Below the pieces are notes generated by a model. That model was not told where the DNA came from. It did no database searches and saw nothing but the letters and a program-made list of their open reading frames with translations. 32,000 nucleotides of DNA. Source: Alkalilimnicola ehrlichii MLHE-1 (GTDB taxonomy: Bacteria; Pseudomonadota; Gammaproteobacteria; Nitrococcales; Halorhodospiraceae). The stretch lies in contig NC_008340.1 in NCBI RefSeq assembly GCF_000014785.1, positions 1,320,001 to 1,352,000 on the forward strand. The letters run 5' to 3'. Both the position numbers and the translations under genes were made by a program. Of this stretch, positions 16,220 through 26,363 are shown piece after piece; within the stretch, counting starts at the first letter, position 1, and each line of letters opens with the position of its first letter.

Positions 16220-19200
16220 TCAGTTCAGCGGGGTAATGTGTCGGGAGAGGGTTCTTACCGCACGCTCATACCGTTCGCCGATCGCGCCGACGCGGCTGGT
16301 CGGTGAGGCTCCAGGCATAAAGTCATCCAGACGCTTGCGGTTTTCCGCATAAGCATCGGCCCTGGATTCGTCGGTAGGCTGTCCATCTCGGCCCATGCGC
16401 ACCACGGCCTTCTCGAACAATTTCTGCGCCGGGTTGGGCTGCTCGGCCGAGAACTCGCGCCGCGGCCCGTAAACGCCATTCTGGGCGCCAGAGACGATCC
16501 ATTGCAGGCAATTGAGGATGGCCCGTTGGTGGAATTCTCGTGCTTGTTCCGCGTTGTATTGGTCGCCTTCCACCTCGAACGCCTGCGGCCGACTGGTCAG
16601 GGTGTATAACAGCGGCCCCAGGGCCTCGGGCGGTAGCTGGCGCACCCAGGCGGCAATGGCGTCCCGTTGCGGGTCGTTGACGATGGTGTAGGCGATCCGG
16701 CTGGCCATGTCCCGGTCCCGGGTAAACCACTCGATCATCTGGCGCAGTCGGTGGGTGCCGCGCAGCAGGAGCAGGGCGGGTTCGACCAGGGTGATGGCGG
16801 CGAGATAGGCCAGGCGGCTCATCTCCTCGAAGGCGTCTTCGTCGATCCAGTCGACGCGCTCGTAGCCGACCTCCACCAGCGCCTGGTGCATCATGGCGAG
16901 CCAGAGGTCGAGGTGGCGGGGGTCAAGCGCCAGGCGCACGCTGCCCCCGCCGCCGACGCCGAGCACCAGGCGCAGGGAGGCGTGCAGCACGAAGCGGCCG
17001 TTGTGCAGGCCGAGCCGGAAGGCGGCCTCGCCGCCGACGCCGACGCGCACCTCGGGGTTGATCTCGGCGGCGGTCAGGGTTTTCCACTGGCGGGCCTCGT
17101 CCCGGGCGTAGCCCGCGCGGTCGATCTCGGCCATGGCCTGGTAGCGCGGCAGGCGCGCGAGCAGGTTCGCCGGCGGCTGCCAGAGCAGACGGCAGTGGTT
17201 GTGGCCGGCCAGTCCGGTGCCGGCGAAGGCCTCCAGTCGGGCATCGACGCCGTCGCGCTCCACGGGGGCGAGGCCGTTGACGGCGAGACGGCCCCCGGCG
17301 GTGTCGAGCCCGACGCCGCCGCCCAGCGCCACGGAGACGGCGGCATGGCCGTGGAGCACGGGCTCGATGTGCAGGCAGTAGCGGCCGATGGAGCGGGCAT
17401 CGGGGTGATCGGCATCAAGGCCGAAGGGGACGATGACCGGCTCCGCCTTGGCGGGATCGGGCAGCTGGATGGGCGCGAGGGCGATCTCGCCACGGCCGAA
17501 GTCGAAGGCGTGCTGGCCGCGCAATCGCAACACGACCCGCGAGCCGTCCTGCCCGCGGGGCCACGGTGGCGGTGATGCCCAGCTCGTCGAGAGCGAGGCT
17601 GGGGGCCACACTGACCGTCCGGCCGCCGGCGTTGCCCCCGGTGTCGATGCCGGCGGTGTCCTGGTAGCGGGCGGTCAGGCCGATGCGGGCACCGGTTCCG
17701 GAAGCGGCTGTCTCCGGTTCGGCCTGCGCCACGGGTCCGGGCCGGCGCAGCCACAGGGGTGCCTCCCCGGACAGCGCCCGGTCGCGCCGGTCGGGCTCGG
17801 CGTATGCGCCGGCCAGCAGGCGCAGGAGCTGCGCCGGGCCACTGGCATCGAACAGGCGCATGGGGTGGTTGAGCGGGTCGGCGAACAGGATCCGGCGCAG
17901 GCGCCGGCCCCACTCCTCCCGGGCGCTGTCGTCGGCAAGGCGGTCGATGACCAGGCCCTGGTGGTCGAGGTCGTGGAAGAAGCGTTCCGGCTCGAACAGC
18001 CCGAGCGGCTCGCTGTGCCAGTCGGGGTTCCAGTCGAGCCGCCGGCAGCCGCGTCGGGTGAGCCACCCGGTCAGTGCCGTGTCGGGCAGGGAGCGGGGCT
18101 CGGTGACCGTGCGGCTGTCGTGCGCGATGGCGGCATCGCGCTGGCGGGCGTAGTGGGGGCGGGTCTCGCCCAGCTGGTGCAGGCTCAGGTGATCGAGGGT
18201 GCGCTGCCGACCGGGGCCGCTGAACTCGCGCAGGGGGAAGTCGGCGCGCACCAGCCGGTGGATCGGGGGCGGGCGGTAGGGTTCGGGGTCGCGGATGTCG
18301 TCGGGGCCCAGGTCCCAGTGCAGGACGCGCCTCGGGCGCGTGCGGTCCACCCGGCGCCGGGCCGTGCGGTAGAGGCGGTCCATGCGCTCGCGCAGCCGGT
18401 CGAACCGCGCCTGCTCGTCGGTGAACAGGAAGATGGGCAGCGGGGTGGCCCGGCCCGTGCCCTGTTCCCACTCCCTGAGCCGCGTGTCCACGTCCTCGCG
18501 CAAGGCGTCGAGTTCGTCCAGGGTCGCGAAGTAGCGGGCCACGTAGTCCACGCCGTCGGCGAAGCCGGCGTCCGGGTCCTCAGCCAGCGCCAGCTCGGGG
18601 GTGGCCACGCCCAGCCCGGCCAGCTCGATGAGACTGTCGATGTAGTGGCGGTAGTCCTGCTCCAGTTGCGGGATGTAGTGCTCGATCACGGAGGCGATCT
18701 CGCAGCGTTCGACGGCCTCTGGTACCGGGTCCTGGTCGCAGAGCGCCACATGCCGGCGGTATTGCTCCAGGATCTTATGGAGCGGCCGCGTCGGTGGCAG
18801 GCCCTGACCCTGTTCCAGGTGGGACCGAGCACCCTGGAAAGCAAGCTCCCGCCGCCGGTGATAGCGCTGCAGCGCCTCGCGGATGCGCGCCTCGCTGTCG
18901 CCGTGGACCAGGGCGCTATCGACGACATAGCCGGCCTTCTCGGCCTTGTCCAGGCCGCGTTGATAAAGGGCCTGAAGTGCGTCGAGATGGTCGTTGCTCT
19001 CGTGGATGCGTGCCGGTTCCGGGCATTGGGTCGGTACGGCCGAAGGCATTGAATGATCGCCGGACCAGGATTGCGAGGTGCTCACGCTGGTGGTGCCCTG
19101 GAAAGGCACGCCGTCCACCACCCGTTGCAGCAGCGTGTCCGGGGCCTCGTCCTGAAGGGCGGCGAGCTGCTGGAGGGTCTGCGCGAACCGTTGGCGGTCC

Positions 19201-19508
19201 GCTTCCCCCAGGAAACTGACCGGATGCGCTGGCAGGAAGCTGTCCAGCACGCCCGCCTCCTCGGACAGCCGCCGGTTGCGCTCGTCGCGGTCGTCCACGG
19301 CGGCGATGTCGGCCAGCTTGTCGGCCGCGTGGTGCATCGCGGCGGCGGCTGTGGCGTTGAGCAGCCAGAACTCGCCGGAGCCGGTGAGATAGACGATGTC
19401 CGCCCACAGGAACGTTGCGCACAGGGGGCGCGGGTCTTCGTGGAAGAGGTCATCGTCGCGGCCGCGCGGTCCCGCGGGCCAGACCTGGGGGGCGATGGAG
19501 TCGGTCAT
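16220..19508 (-). CDS. Large T6SS-type effector downstream of the DUF4123 adaptor; one reading-frame break at about 17551-17560
   Basis: N-terminal frame from ATG 19508 (MTDSIAPQVWPAGPRGRDDDLFHEDPRPLC...) runs through SVAPSLALDELGITATVAPR. A single-base shift continues into QDGSRVVLRLRGQHAFDFGRGEI...HITPLN* ending at 16220. ATG 19508 overlaps the TGA of the DUF4123 gene. Confidence 0.78.
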
Positions 19509-20296
19509 GTGCCGGCCTCCCTGCCCGCGGCACCCGGTTTGGAACGGGCTGTCTGATCCTTCGCGCCGCCGGGTTTCGCCAATCGGCGGCGCCACTCGTC
19601 GGGGAGGTGAATGCCCGCCTCACGAAGGGTTCGGAGCTGCTCAAGCATGTCGGGCGGGACGGCCTCCAGCGGAATTCCAAGGTCCTGCCCAAGCCACCAT
19701 GCCAGCGGGGCGTCGTCCAGCGCCCGGCACTGGTTGTGATCGAGAAACGGTGGGCTGGTCGGCCCGCGCGGCTCGGCCCCGACCCAGCAGCGCCAACCGG
19801 CGGTGGGCGTCGGTGTATAGACCGGTCCGAGTACCTGCAGCCACAGGTCAAAATGGGTGCGCGGCGCGCTGGCCAGGAGGGCGGTCCAGGCCTCCGGTTG
19901 CTGCACCTGTACCAGCGACTGCCCTCCGTCGGCGTCGTCCATCACGGCAAGCCGCTGCATCTGCTCGACGAAGGGCTCCAGGGCACCGCCGGGCGGCCGG
20001 CACATCCAGCCCAGCGCCAGCTCGCGGCAAAGCATTTCGGCCTGTTCGAACGCGGGGCTGCCCGGTGTGAGCCGCGCGGCCCAGGGCCCGTAAGCTGACA
20101 ATGAACGGAGTTCCGTCCCCGCGAACAGGGGAACGATGTCGGTAGCGCCATCAAGGGTGTAGAGGGCAAGGGCCTCTTCCGGGATGCGGTGGGGGTCGAT
20201 GATCAGCCCCACCCATTCCCCGTCGGCGCCATCGCCGGGGCCTTCGACGGTGTGGCTTCGCTCACCAATCCGGGTCAGCCACTCGTGCACGGGCAT
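19505..20296 (-). CDS. DUF4123-type effector adaptor/chaperone protein
   Basis: ...LALYTLDGATDIVPLFAGTELRSLSAYGPWAARLTPGSP...ELALGWMCRPPGGALEPFVEQMQRLAVMDDADGGQSLV... placed between vgrG and the effector; overlaps vgrG at 20275-20296. Confidence 0.82.
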   Translation of the reverse strand: MPVHEWLTRIGERSHTVEGPGDGADGEWVGLIIDPHRIPEEALALYTLDGATDIVPLFAGTELRSLSAYGPWAARLTPGSPAFEQAEMLCRELALGWMCRPPGGALEPFVEQMQRLAVMDDADGGQSLVQVQQPEAWTALLASAPRTHFDLWLQVLGPVYTPTPTAGWRCWVGAEPRGPTSPPFLDHNQCRALDDAPLAWWLGQDLGIPLEAVPPDMLEQLRTLREAGIHLPDEWRRRLAKPGGAKDQTARSKPGAAGREAGT

Positions 20297-22395
20297 TCCT
20301 CCCTGGAACAGTTACCGGACTCCGTGTCCTTGCCACACAATTGAATGCGGGCGGCCTCGCTGCGTGCATAGCGCTCGGGGTCCGGGCCAACGCCCTTTAC
20401 GACTCGTGGGGGCGGTTCGGCCGGCACGTGCCCCGGCCGTGCGGGCGTCTGGGCCCGCTGTGCACTCCCCGAGCCCGGGCTGCCTCCGGAGTTTATACGG
20501 ATGCCGGGGCCGCTGAGGGTGATGCCGGAGGGGTCGAGCTTGATGAAGCTGCCGCCGGCCCGGAGGGTGATCTCGGCACCGGCCTCCAGGATCAGCTTGA
20601 CCCCGGCGGCATGGTGGATCTCGTGCCCAGCCTCCACCAAAAGGCACTCGCCTTGGTATTGATGGAGCGTGCCCTCCACGCTGAGATGCTGATCCCCACC
20701 GGTGCGCTCGCGCCGCTCGCCCTGCACGGTGAGGTGCTCGTCGCCGTGGATCTCCGCGAGCCGGTCGCCGTGGACGCCCAGGTGGCTGTGCCGGCCGATG
20801 GTCTCGGAGCGGTCGTTGCGGGTGTGCAGGTCGAGATCGCGCTGGGCGTGCAGGTGGATGCGCTCGGCGTCGTGGGCGTCCTCGAAGTGCAGTTCGTTGT
20901 AGCCCTCGCCGCCGTGGCTGCGACTGCGCAGCACGCTGCGGGTCTTGTGCTCGGGCAGCGGATAGGGCGGGGTGTTGTGGCCATCGTAGACCCGGCCGGT
21001 GATCACCGGCTGGTCCGGGTCGCCGGCCATGAAGTCGACAATCACCGCATGGCCCACCCGGGGCAGGAACAGCCCGCCGTAGCCGGGCCCGGCCCAGGGC
21101 TGGGCGACGCGCAGCCAGGCGCTGGCGTGCTCGTCGTCGGCGGCGTAGCGGTCCCAGGGGAAACGGACCTTGACCCGGCCGTGCTCATCGCAATGGATCG
21201 CCTCCCCCTCGGGGCCCACCACCCGGGCGATCTGCGGGCCCTCCATCCGCGGGCCGGCGCCCGGGTCGTGGGGCGGGCGCCAGTCGGTGTCGGCGGGCAC
21301 GAGGGTGAGCCGGTTGTTCAGCCGGGCCACGCCTGCCTCGTCCTCGTCGGCCAGCAGGATCGCGTCCTCTTCCAGCGCGGCGGGCTGCCGGGCGGTATGA
21401 AGGGCGCCGACCACCTGCCAGTCGCGGCGCCGTTCGCCGGCGTCGTGGCCATCGAGGGTGAAGCGCACGCCGGGGCGCAGCTCGGCAATATCGCTTTCGG
21501 CCTCGGCGGTGTGGGCGTCGGCGCGCAACTGGCCGAGCCGGACCCGGGTGAAGGCCCGGCCGCTGGTCTCGCTCTTGAACCGGCCGGGGTGGTCGTAGTG
21601 CTCGTAGGGGGTGGCCCCCGACTCGGCGCCATCATGCCCGGCTGCCCCATCCACCGCCTGCGCGTGGATCAGCCGCCGCCGGGGGGTGCGGAAATGGCGA
21701 TCCTCCAGGGTGGCGCGCTGCGCGCGCACCCGGTGGGCCTCGCGCAGGGTGTGCACATGGCGGGCCTCGGCCACGCCGCCGGCGCGGGGGCGGTAGGCCC
21801 ATTCGCCCGCCTGCCCCAGCCCCCGGTGGGTATCGGTGAACACCGGGCGGTGGCCGCCCTCGGGGGTGTCGTCGAACTCGTGGAAGTAGACGATGCCCAA
21901 CTCGGCGGCAAGCCGCTGGACAAAGGCCAGGTCGCTCTCCCGGTACTGCACCAGGTACTCGCGGGGCTCGGGGCGGTGGCGGACGGCGAAGGCGGCGTCG
22001 GTGATGCCATGTTCCGAAAGCAGGGTGTGGAGGACATCCAGCGGGCAGGCGTGCTGGAAGATGCGGGCGTTGCGGCGCAGGGCAAGGCGCCAGAGGGCGG
22101 GGCGGACGACCAGTTGGTAGGCGGTGCGCCGGGCGCCGGTGCGGCCGCGCTGGAACTCGGTGACCACGCCGTGGACCCGGCGGGTGACGCGGCCGGCCTG
22201 ATGGATGGCCAGTGCCAGGCCCTGCTCAAGCCAGTCGTCGGGGGCGAGATCGGGCGAGGGGTGGACCAGGTCCAGGGTCAGCGTGAAGGGCCGGGAGAGG
22301 TGCTCATCCAGGGTGAACCCGGTGACCCGGGGCAGGTCGGCCTCTGCCGCGCCGGGGCGCGAGAGGGCGAGGTACAGTCCGTTGTCTATTGGCAT
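20275..22395 (-). CDS. vgrG: Type VI secretion tip protein VgrG
   Basis: ...GLYLALSRPGAAEADLPRVTGFTLDEHLSRPFTLTLDLV...YRESDLAFVQRLAAELGIVYFHEFDD...DEHGRVKVRFPWDR...WLRVAQPWAGPGYGGLFLPRVGHAVIVDFMAGDPDQPVITGRVYDGHNTPPYPLP...STRSHGGEGYNELHFED-type motifs. Confidence 0.95.
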   Translation of the reverse strand: MPIDNGLYLALSRPGAAEADLPRVTGFTLDEHLSRPFTLTLDLVHPSPDLAPDDWLEQGLALAIHQAGRVTRRVHGVVTEFQRGRTGARRTAYQLVVRPALWRLALRRNARIFQHACPLDVLHTLLSEHGITDAAFAVRHRPEPREYLVQYRESDLAFVQRLAAELGIVYFHEFDDTPEGGHRPVFTDTHRGLGQAGEWAYRPRAGGVAEARHVHTLREAHRVRAQRATLEDRHFRTPRRRLIHAQAVDGAAGHDGAESGATPYEHYDHPGRFKSETSGRAFTRVRLGQLRADAHTAEAESDIAELRPGVRFTLDGHDAGERRRDWQVVGALHTARQPAALEEDAILLADEDEAGVARLNNRLTLVPADTDWRPPHDPGAGPRMEGPQIARVVGPEGEAIHCDEHGRVKVRFPWDRYAADDEHASAWLRVAQPWAGPGYGGLFLPRVGHAVIVDFMAGDPDQPVITGRVYDGHNTPPYPLPEHKTRSVLRSRSHGGEGYNELHFEDAHDAERIHLHAQRDLDLHTRNDRSETIGRHSHLGVHGDRLAEIHGDEHLTVQGERRERTGGDQHLSVEGTLHQYQGECLLVEAGHEIHHAAGVKLILEAGAEITLRAGGSFIKLDPSGITLSGPGIRINSGGSPGSGSAQRAQTPARPGHVPAEPPPRVVKGVGPDPERYARSEAARIQLCGKDTESGNCSREECPCTSG

Positions 22396-22526
22396 GCCGG
22401 CTCCGTGGCAGTGCAAGTCCATTCAATCCTTGGCCGTTCCTATGCTAGGGCGAGCGGTTCGATGCCGTCAATCACTCGCGTGCGCCTGCGCTGGGGTGGG
22501 AGTGGGCGTCGGGGCCGCCCATCGGC

Positions 22527-23135
22527 TCAGATCAGCCACGTGGTGCCGAACCGGACCTCTGGTTTGGCACCCGGGATCAGGTCGATCAGCAGCCACCCCA
22601 GGACGAAGGTGATCAGCGCGGCGCAGATCAGGGTGGCCACGTAGTGGCCCAGCCGGTTACCCCGGCGGATCCCCAGCACGATGGCGAAGGCGGGCAGCAG
22701 GAGGATCAGGCTGTAGACGATGAGCGCCAGACCAATACCGTTGCCGTAGGGCCATGGGAAGGCGGCCGCAATATTGCCTACCCAGGCCGGGATCATCGCG
22801 TAACCGACCGCCTGCAAGGCCCGCTCGAAATCACTCCGGCCCTGGAATAATTCAGCAAGCCAATGGGCCGCCCCGGCTAGGCCCAGACAGGCAATGGTGA
22901 GGATGATGAAGCTGTAGATGCCGAAGCCGATCGGGTGCGGCACCCCTTCCGGCGGCAGACCGGTGGGGATGATCTGGTAAAGGGTCTGACTGGTGAAGAC
23001 ACTGAAGCCGATCCAGGGGAGGATCAACTGGAAGAGGGACCGTTGCCAGGACGGTGGCGGTGCCTCGCCCCCCCGGCGAAGGGTGCGCACGGGGTTCAGC
23101 AGCAGGCCGTAAAGCAGGGTTGAGAAGGGCTTCAT
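22527..23135 (-). CDS. Yip1-domain family integral membrane protein
   Basis: MKPFSTLLYGLLLNPVRTLRR...ILPWIGFSVFTSQTLY...LAELFQGRSDFERALQAVGYAMIPAWVGNIAAAFPW... with five hydrophobic segments. Confidence 0.75.
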   Translation of the reverse strand: MKPFSTLLYGLLLNPVRTLRRGGEAPPPSWQRSLFQLILPWIGFSVFTSQTLYQIIPTGLPPEGVPHPIGFGIYSFIILTIACLGLAGAAHWLAELFQGRSDFERALQAVGYAMIPAWVGNIAAAFPWPYGNGIGLALIVYSLILLLPAFAIVLGIRRGNRLGHYVATLICAALITFVLGWLLIDLIPGAKPEVRFGTTWLI

Positions 23136-23298
23136 CAAGACTCCGCTGGCGGTTCGGGGCCGCCGGCCCGGAGGGGCCCGGGCCGGCGACGCAGCGGATG
23201 GTAGGACAAAGAGATGACAGTTTCGTGACCGGGCCGGCTGGGGCGCCGGTCGGCCGGTGGACCATCCCGGCCCACCGGCCATGGTGGGTGGTGAGCCC

Positions 23299-23949
23299 TT
23301 AGTAGCCGCCTTGGCGCTGACCTTGGCCCTGGCCTCCACGCTGGCCGTCGTCCCGGCGCTGGCCCTCGCCGCGTTCCCCACGCCGGTCCTCACGGGTCTC
23401 CCCACGGCGCTCCTCACGGGAGTCGCGCATACGCTCCCCCATCTCGCGAGGCGCTTCGTCCAGCATCTGCCGTTGCTCGGCGTCCAGGGACTGGTACAGG
23501 CGCTCACCGGCCCGCCGCGCCTCGCGCATCCGTTCCGCGTGCTCCGCAGACCAGCGCTCCATCCGCTCGAGCCGCCCGGTGAAGTCGTCCTCCATCATCT
23601 CGCGCATGGCCCCGCGGCGCTGCTCATGGTCGTGGCGCGGGCCCATGTGCTGGTGAAATTCGTCCCACAAGGCCCGTTGCTCGTCGTCCAGGTTCAGGCG
23701 CTCGGCCATCCGCTCGCGGTGCGCCTCCATGCGCTCACCGTAGTCACCGCCGTGCTTGTGGCCCTTCATCATGCCGTGGCGCCCTTCGCCACGTTCCATC
23801 ATCATGCCACCGCGCTCGCCGCGCTGGCCCTCACCGCGCTGGGTCTCCTGGGCCAGGCTGTAGCCGGTTACGGCGGTCCCGGCGAGCAGCGTGGCCAGGG
23901 TGATACCGGTTAACATGCGGGTCATCGGTCGGGTCTGTTTGCGTGTCAT
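23299..23949 (-). CDS. Periplasmic Spy/CpxP-like (LTxxQ-type) protein with charged RG-rich tail
   Basis: Signal peptide MTRKQTRPMTRMLTGITLATLLAGTAVTGYSLAQ; AHRERMAERLNLDDEQRALWDEF; RLYQSLDAEQRQMLDEAPR; divergent from a response regulator. Confidence 0.72.
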   Translation of the reverse strand: MTRKQTRPMTRMLTGITLATLLAGTAVTGYSLAQETQRGEGQRGERGGMMMERGEGRHGMMKGHKHGGDYGERMEAHRERMAERLNLDDEQRALWDEFHQHMGPRHDHEQRRGAMREMMEDDFTGRLERMERWSAEHAERMREARRAGERLYQSLDAEQRQMLDEAPREMGERMRDSREERRGETREDRRGERGEGQRRDDGQRGGQGQGQRQGGY

Positions 23950-24199
23950 GGCGTTGTCCTCTCGATCAGTGTGTCGTGGCTGGCAGGCGGTTTGTCCTGC
24001 CACGCCTTCATCACACCATAGGCAGGTAAGCGCCCTGTTTCCGCGGGGCCATGGTTTGTAACGGAACGTAACCGGTGCCCGATGCGGCGTCACAAGCGCT
24101 TACACCCCGGCTTTCGCGAGGGTGGTATACAAGGGACAGTCCCCCCGTGGCGGCGTTCCCGGCGGGCGGGCAGCCGGCAACAAAGGAGCAGCGAATCGC

Positions 24200-24943
24200 A
24201 TGCAGGCGAACATACTGATCGTGGACGATGATCCCGGCTTGCGGGAACTGCTGGTCGACTATCTGGGCCAGAATGGACTGGAGGCCCGCGCTGTGCCTGA
24301 TGGGACGGCGCTCTGGCCGGCCCTGGAGGCCGGCCCGGTGGACCTGCTGATCCTCGATCTGATGCTGCCCGGGGATGACGGCCTGGAGCTCTGCGGGCAG
24401 CTACGCGCCGCCGATGCCCCTTGGCGTACCCTGCCAGTGATTATGCTGACCGCGCGGGGCGAGGAGACAGATCGCATCGTCGGTCTGGAGCTCGGTGCCG
24501 ACGACTACCTGCCCAAACCCTTCAACCCCCGCGAGCTGCTGGCCCGCATCCGCGGCCTACTGCGTCGCAGTCGCATGCCCCCGGCCCGGCAGGACGACCC
24601 GGCCGGCACCGCCGGGGAGCGCGTCCGGTACCGGTTCGCCGGCTGGCTGCTGGACCCGGCCGCCCACACCCTTGCCGGCCCGGACGGCCAGGTGCATACC
24701 CTCGGCGGGGCGGACACCCGGCTGTTACAGGCCCTCGCCGCCCGGCCGGGGCGACCGCTGAGCCGGGACCGGATCATGGACATCACCCGCGGCCGCGATG
24801 CCAGCCCCTACGACCGCAGCATCGATGTGCAGGTCAGCCGGCTGCGCCGGCTGCTCGGGGACGATGCCCGGGAGCAGCGCATTATCCGCACCCTGCGCAA
24901 CGAGGGCTATCTGATGGCCTGCGACGTGGAGCGGGTGGCCTGA
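24200..24943 (+). CDS. OmpR-family response regulator
   Basis: MQANILIVDDDPGLRELLVDYLGQNGLEARAVPDG...DLLILDLMLPGDDGLELCGQLR...VIMLTARGEETDRIVGLELGADDYLPKPFNPRELLARIRGLLRR plus winged-helix GRDASPYDRSIDVQVSRLRRLL. Confidence 0.94.
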   Translation: MQANILIVDDDPGLRELLVDYLGQNGLEARAVPDGTALWPALEAGPVDLLILDLMLPGDDGLELCGQLRAADAPWRTLPVIMLTARGEETDRIVGLELGADDYLPKPFNPRELLARIRGLLRRSRMPPARQDDPAGTAGERVRYRFAGWLLDPAAHTLAGPDGQVHTLGGADTRLLQALAARPGRPLSRDRIMDITRGRDASPYDRSIDVQVSRLRRLLGDDAREQRIIRTLRNEGYLMACDVERVA

Positions 24944-26307
24944 TGCGCCTCTGGCCCCAGACCCTGATGGGTCGTTTGCTGGTCCTCATGCTGGGCGGGC
25001 TGCTGGCGGCCCAGCTGGCGGCGGGCTGGATCCTCTGGCAGGACCGCAGCCGCATGACCCTGGGGGTGGTGGTCTCCGGGCTGGCCGAGCGCCTGGCTGG
25101 CAGCCTGGACGAACTGGAGACCCTGGCCGCTGATGACCGGCGTGACCGGTTGCGGGGCCGGGGCATGCTGCGACCCAGCCTGGACCAACCCTGGCGCGAT
25201 GATCCGCCGGAGAGCTATGCCGCCCGCCGGCTGGAGCAGGTGCTGGGTGAGCGGATGACGGCGGACCGCCCGTTCCAGGTCTGGGTGGAGGCGCCGGAAG
25301 AGCAGGGCGGTCGCTATACCGAGATGCAACGGCGCCACCAGCATCACCACGCCGGGGCCCTGCGCCTGGTCGTGGTCCAGGCCCACCTGGACGATGGCAG
25401 TGTCCTGACGCTGCGCCAACCGGTGCCGGCCGATGCGCTGAGCTGGCCGCAGCGGCTGCTGGCCGCGCTGGGTGTCTTCACCCTCTCCGTGCTGGTGATT
25501 GCCGGGCTGGCGGTGCGCGGCCTGACCGGCCCGCTGCGCACCCTCGCCCGGGCCGCCGAGAACCTGGGGCGCGACCTGAATCACCCGCCGCTGCCGGAGC
25601 AGGGCAGCCGGGAGGTCCGACAGGCCACCCGCGCCTTCAACGCCATGCAGCAGCGTCTGCGGGACAACCTGGCCCAGCGGGGCCGGATGCTCGAGGCGGT
25701 CTCCCACGACCTGAAAACCCCCATCACCCGGTTGCGCCTGCGTGCAGAGATGCTGCCCGACGAGGCCCTGCGCGAGCGCTTCCAGCGCGACCTGGCGGAG
25801 ATGGAGCAGCTGGTCCATTCCACCCTCGATTTCATGCGCGGCGACACCCCGGTGCAGGACCCGGAACCGCTCGATCTGATGCCCCTGCTGCGGGCACTCG
25901 TCCACGAGACCGCCGAGGTCGGCGGCGAGGTGGCGCTCACCGGGCCGGACAGCGCCTGGACCCTGGGCGAGCCGTTGGCCCTGAAGCGGTGCCTGGGCAA
26001 CCTGATCGACAACGCCGTGCGCTACGGGGAACGGGCCCAGGTGCGGGTCAGCGCGGACGGGACGGGTGTTCGGGTGAGCATCCGGGACCGCGGTCCGGGT
26101 ATCCCGGAGGCGGACCTGGAACGGATCTTCGACCCCTACTATCGGCTGGAGGCCTCGCGTAGCGCGGCCACCGGAGGCACCGGGCTGGGGTTGGGGATTG
26201 CCCGCAACATCGCCCGCGCCCACGGTGGTGAGCTGGCGCTGCGCAATACCGGCGCGGGGCTGGAGGCCGTGATCACCCTGCCATCGGCCAATACCCGGCG
26301 GGACTGA
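24943..26307 (+). CDS. Sensor histidine kinase (HAMP-containing, EnvZ/CpxA-like)
   Basis: ATG 24943 overlaps the response regulator TGA. MRLWPQTLMGRLLVLMLGGLLAAQ..., H-box MLEAVSHDLKTPITRLRLRAEML, N-box LIDNAVRYG, G-box VSIRDRGPGIPEADLERIFDPYYR...GTGLGLGIARNIARAHGG. Confidence 0.94.
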   Translation: MRLWPQTLMGRLLVLMLGGLLAAQLAAGWILWQDRSRMTLGVVVSGLAERLAGSLDELETLAADDRRDRLRGRGMLRPSLDQPWRDDPPESYAARRLEQVLGERMTADRPFQVWVEAPEEQGGRYTEMQRRHQHHHAGALRLVVVQAHLDDGSVLTLRQPVPADALSWPQRLLAALGVFTLSVLVIAGLAVRGLTGPLRTLARAAENLGRDLNHPPLPEQGSREVRQATRAFNAMQQRLRDNLAQRGRMLEAVSHDLKTPITRLRLRAEMLPDEALRERFQRDLAEMEQLVHSTLDFMRGDTPVQDPEPLDLMPLLRALVHETAEVGGEVALTGPDSAWTLGEPLALKRCLGNLIDNAVRYGERAQVRVSADGTGVRVSIRDRGPGIPEADLERIFDPYYRLEASRSAATGGTGLGLGIARNIARAHGGELALRNTGAGLEAVITLPSANTRRD

Positions 26308-26363
26308 CACCGGGGTCGGGTCATCTGAGATACTGGGCCCACACCGACGGCCCCGAGGTAATC

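Noticed and set aside
17541-17575. Programmed ribosomal frameshift in the effector
   Set aside because: No slippery heptamer or clear stimulatory structure recognised; error, mutation or phase variation is more economical.
13730-19052. Long plus-strand ORFs (13730-15253, 16667-17575, 17433-19052) and the minus ORF 17074-18471
   Set aside because: Shadow frames of the effector copies; they repeat because the underlying DNA is duplicated, not because they are conserved proteins.
20341-22644. 767 aa plus-strand ORF opposite vgrG
   Set aside because: Antisense shadow of vgrG with biased composition.
24907-26310. 467 aa minus-strand ORF opposite the histidine kinase
   Set aside because: Antisense shadow; the kinase motifs on the plus strand are unambiguous.
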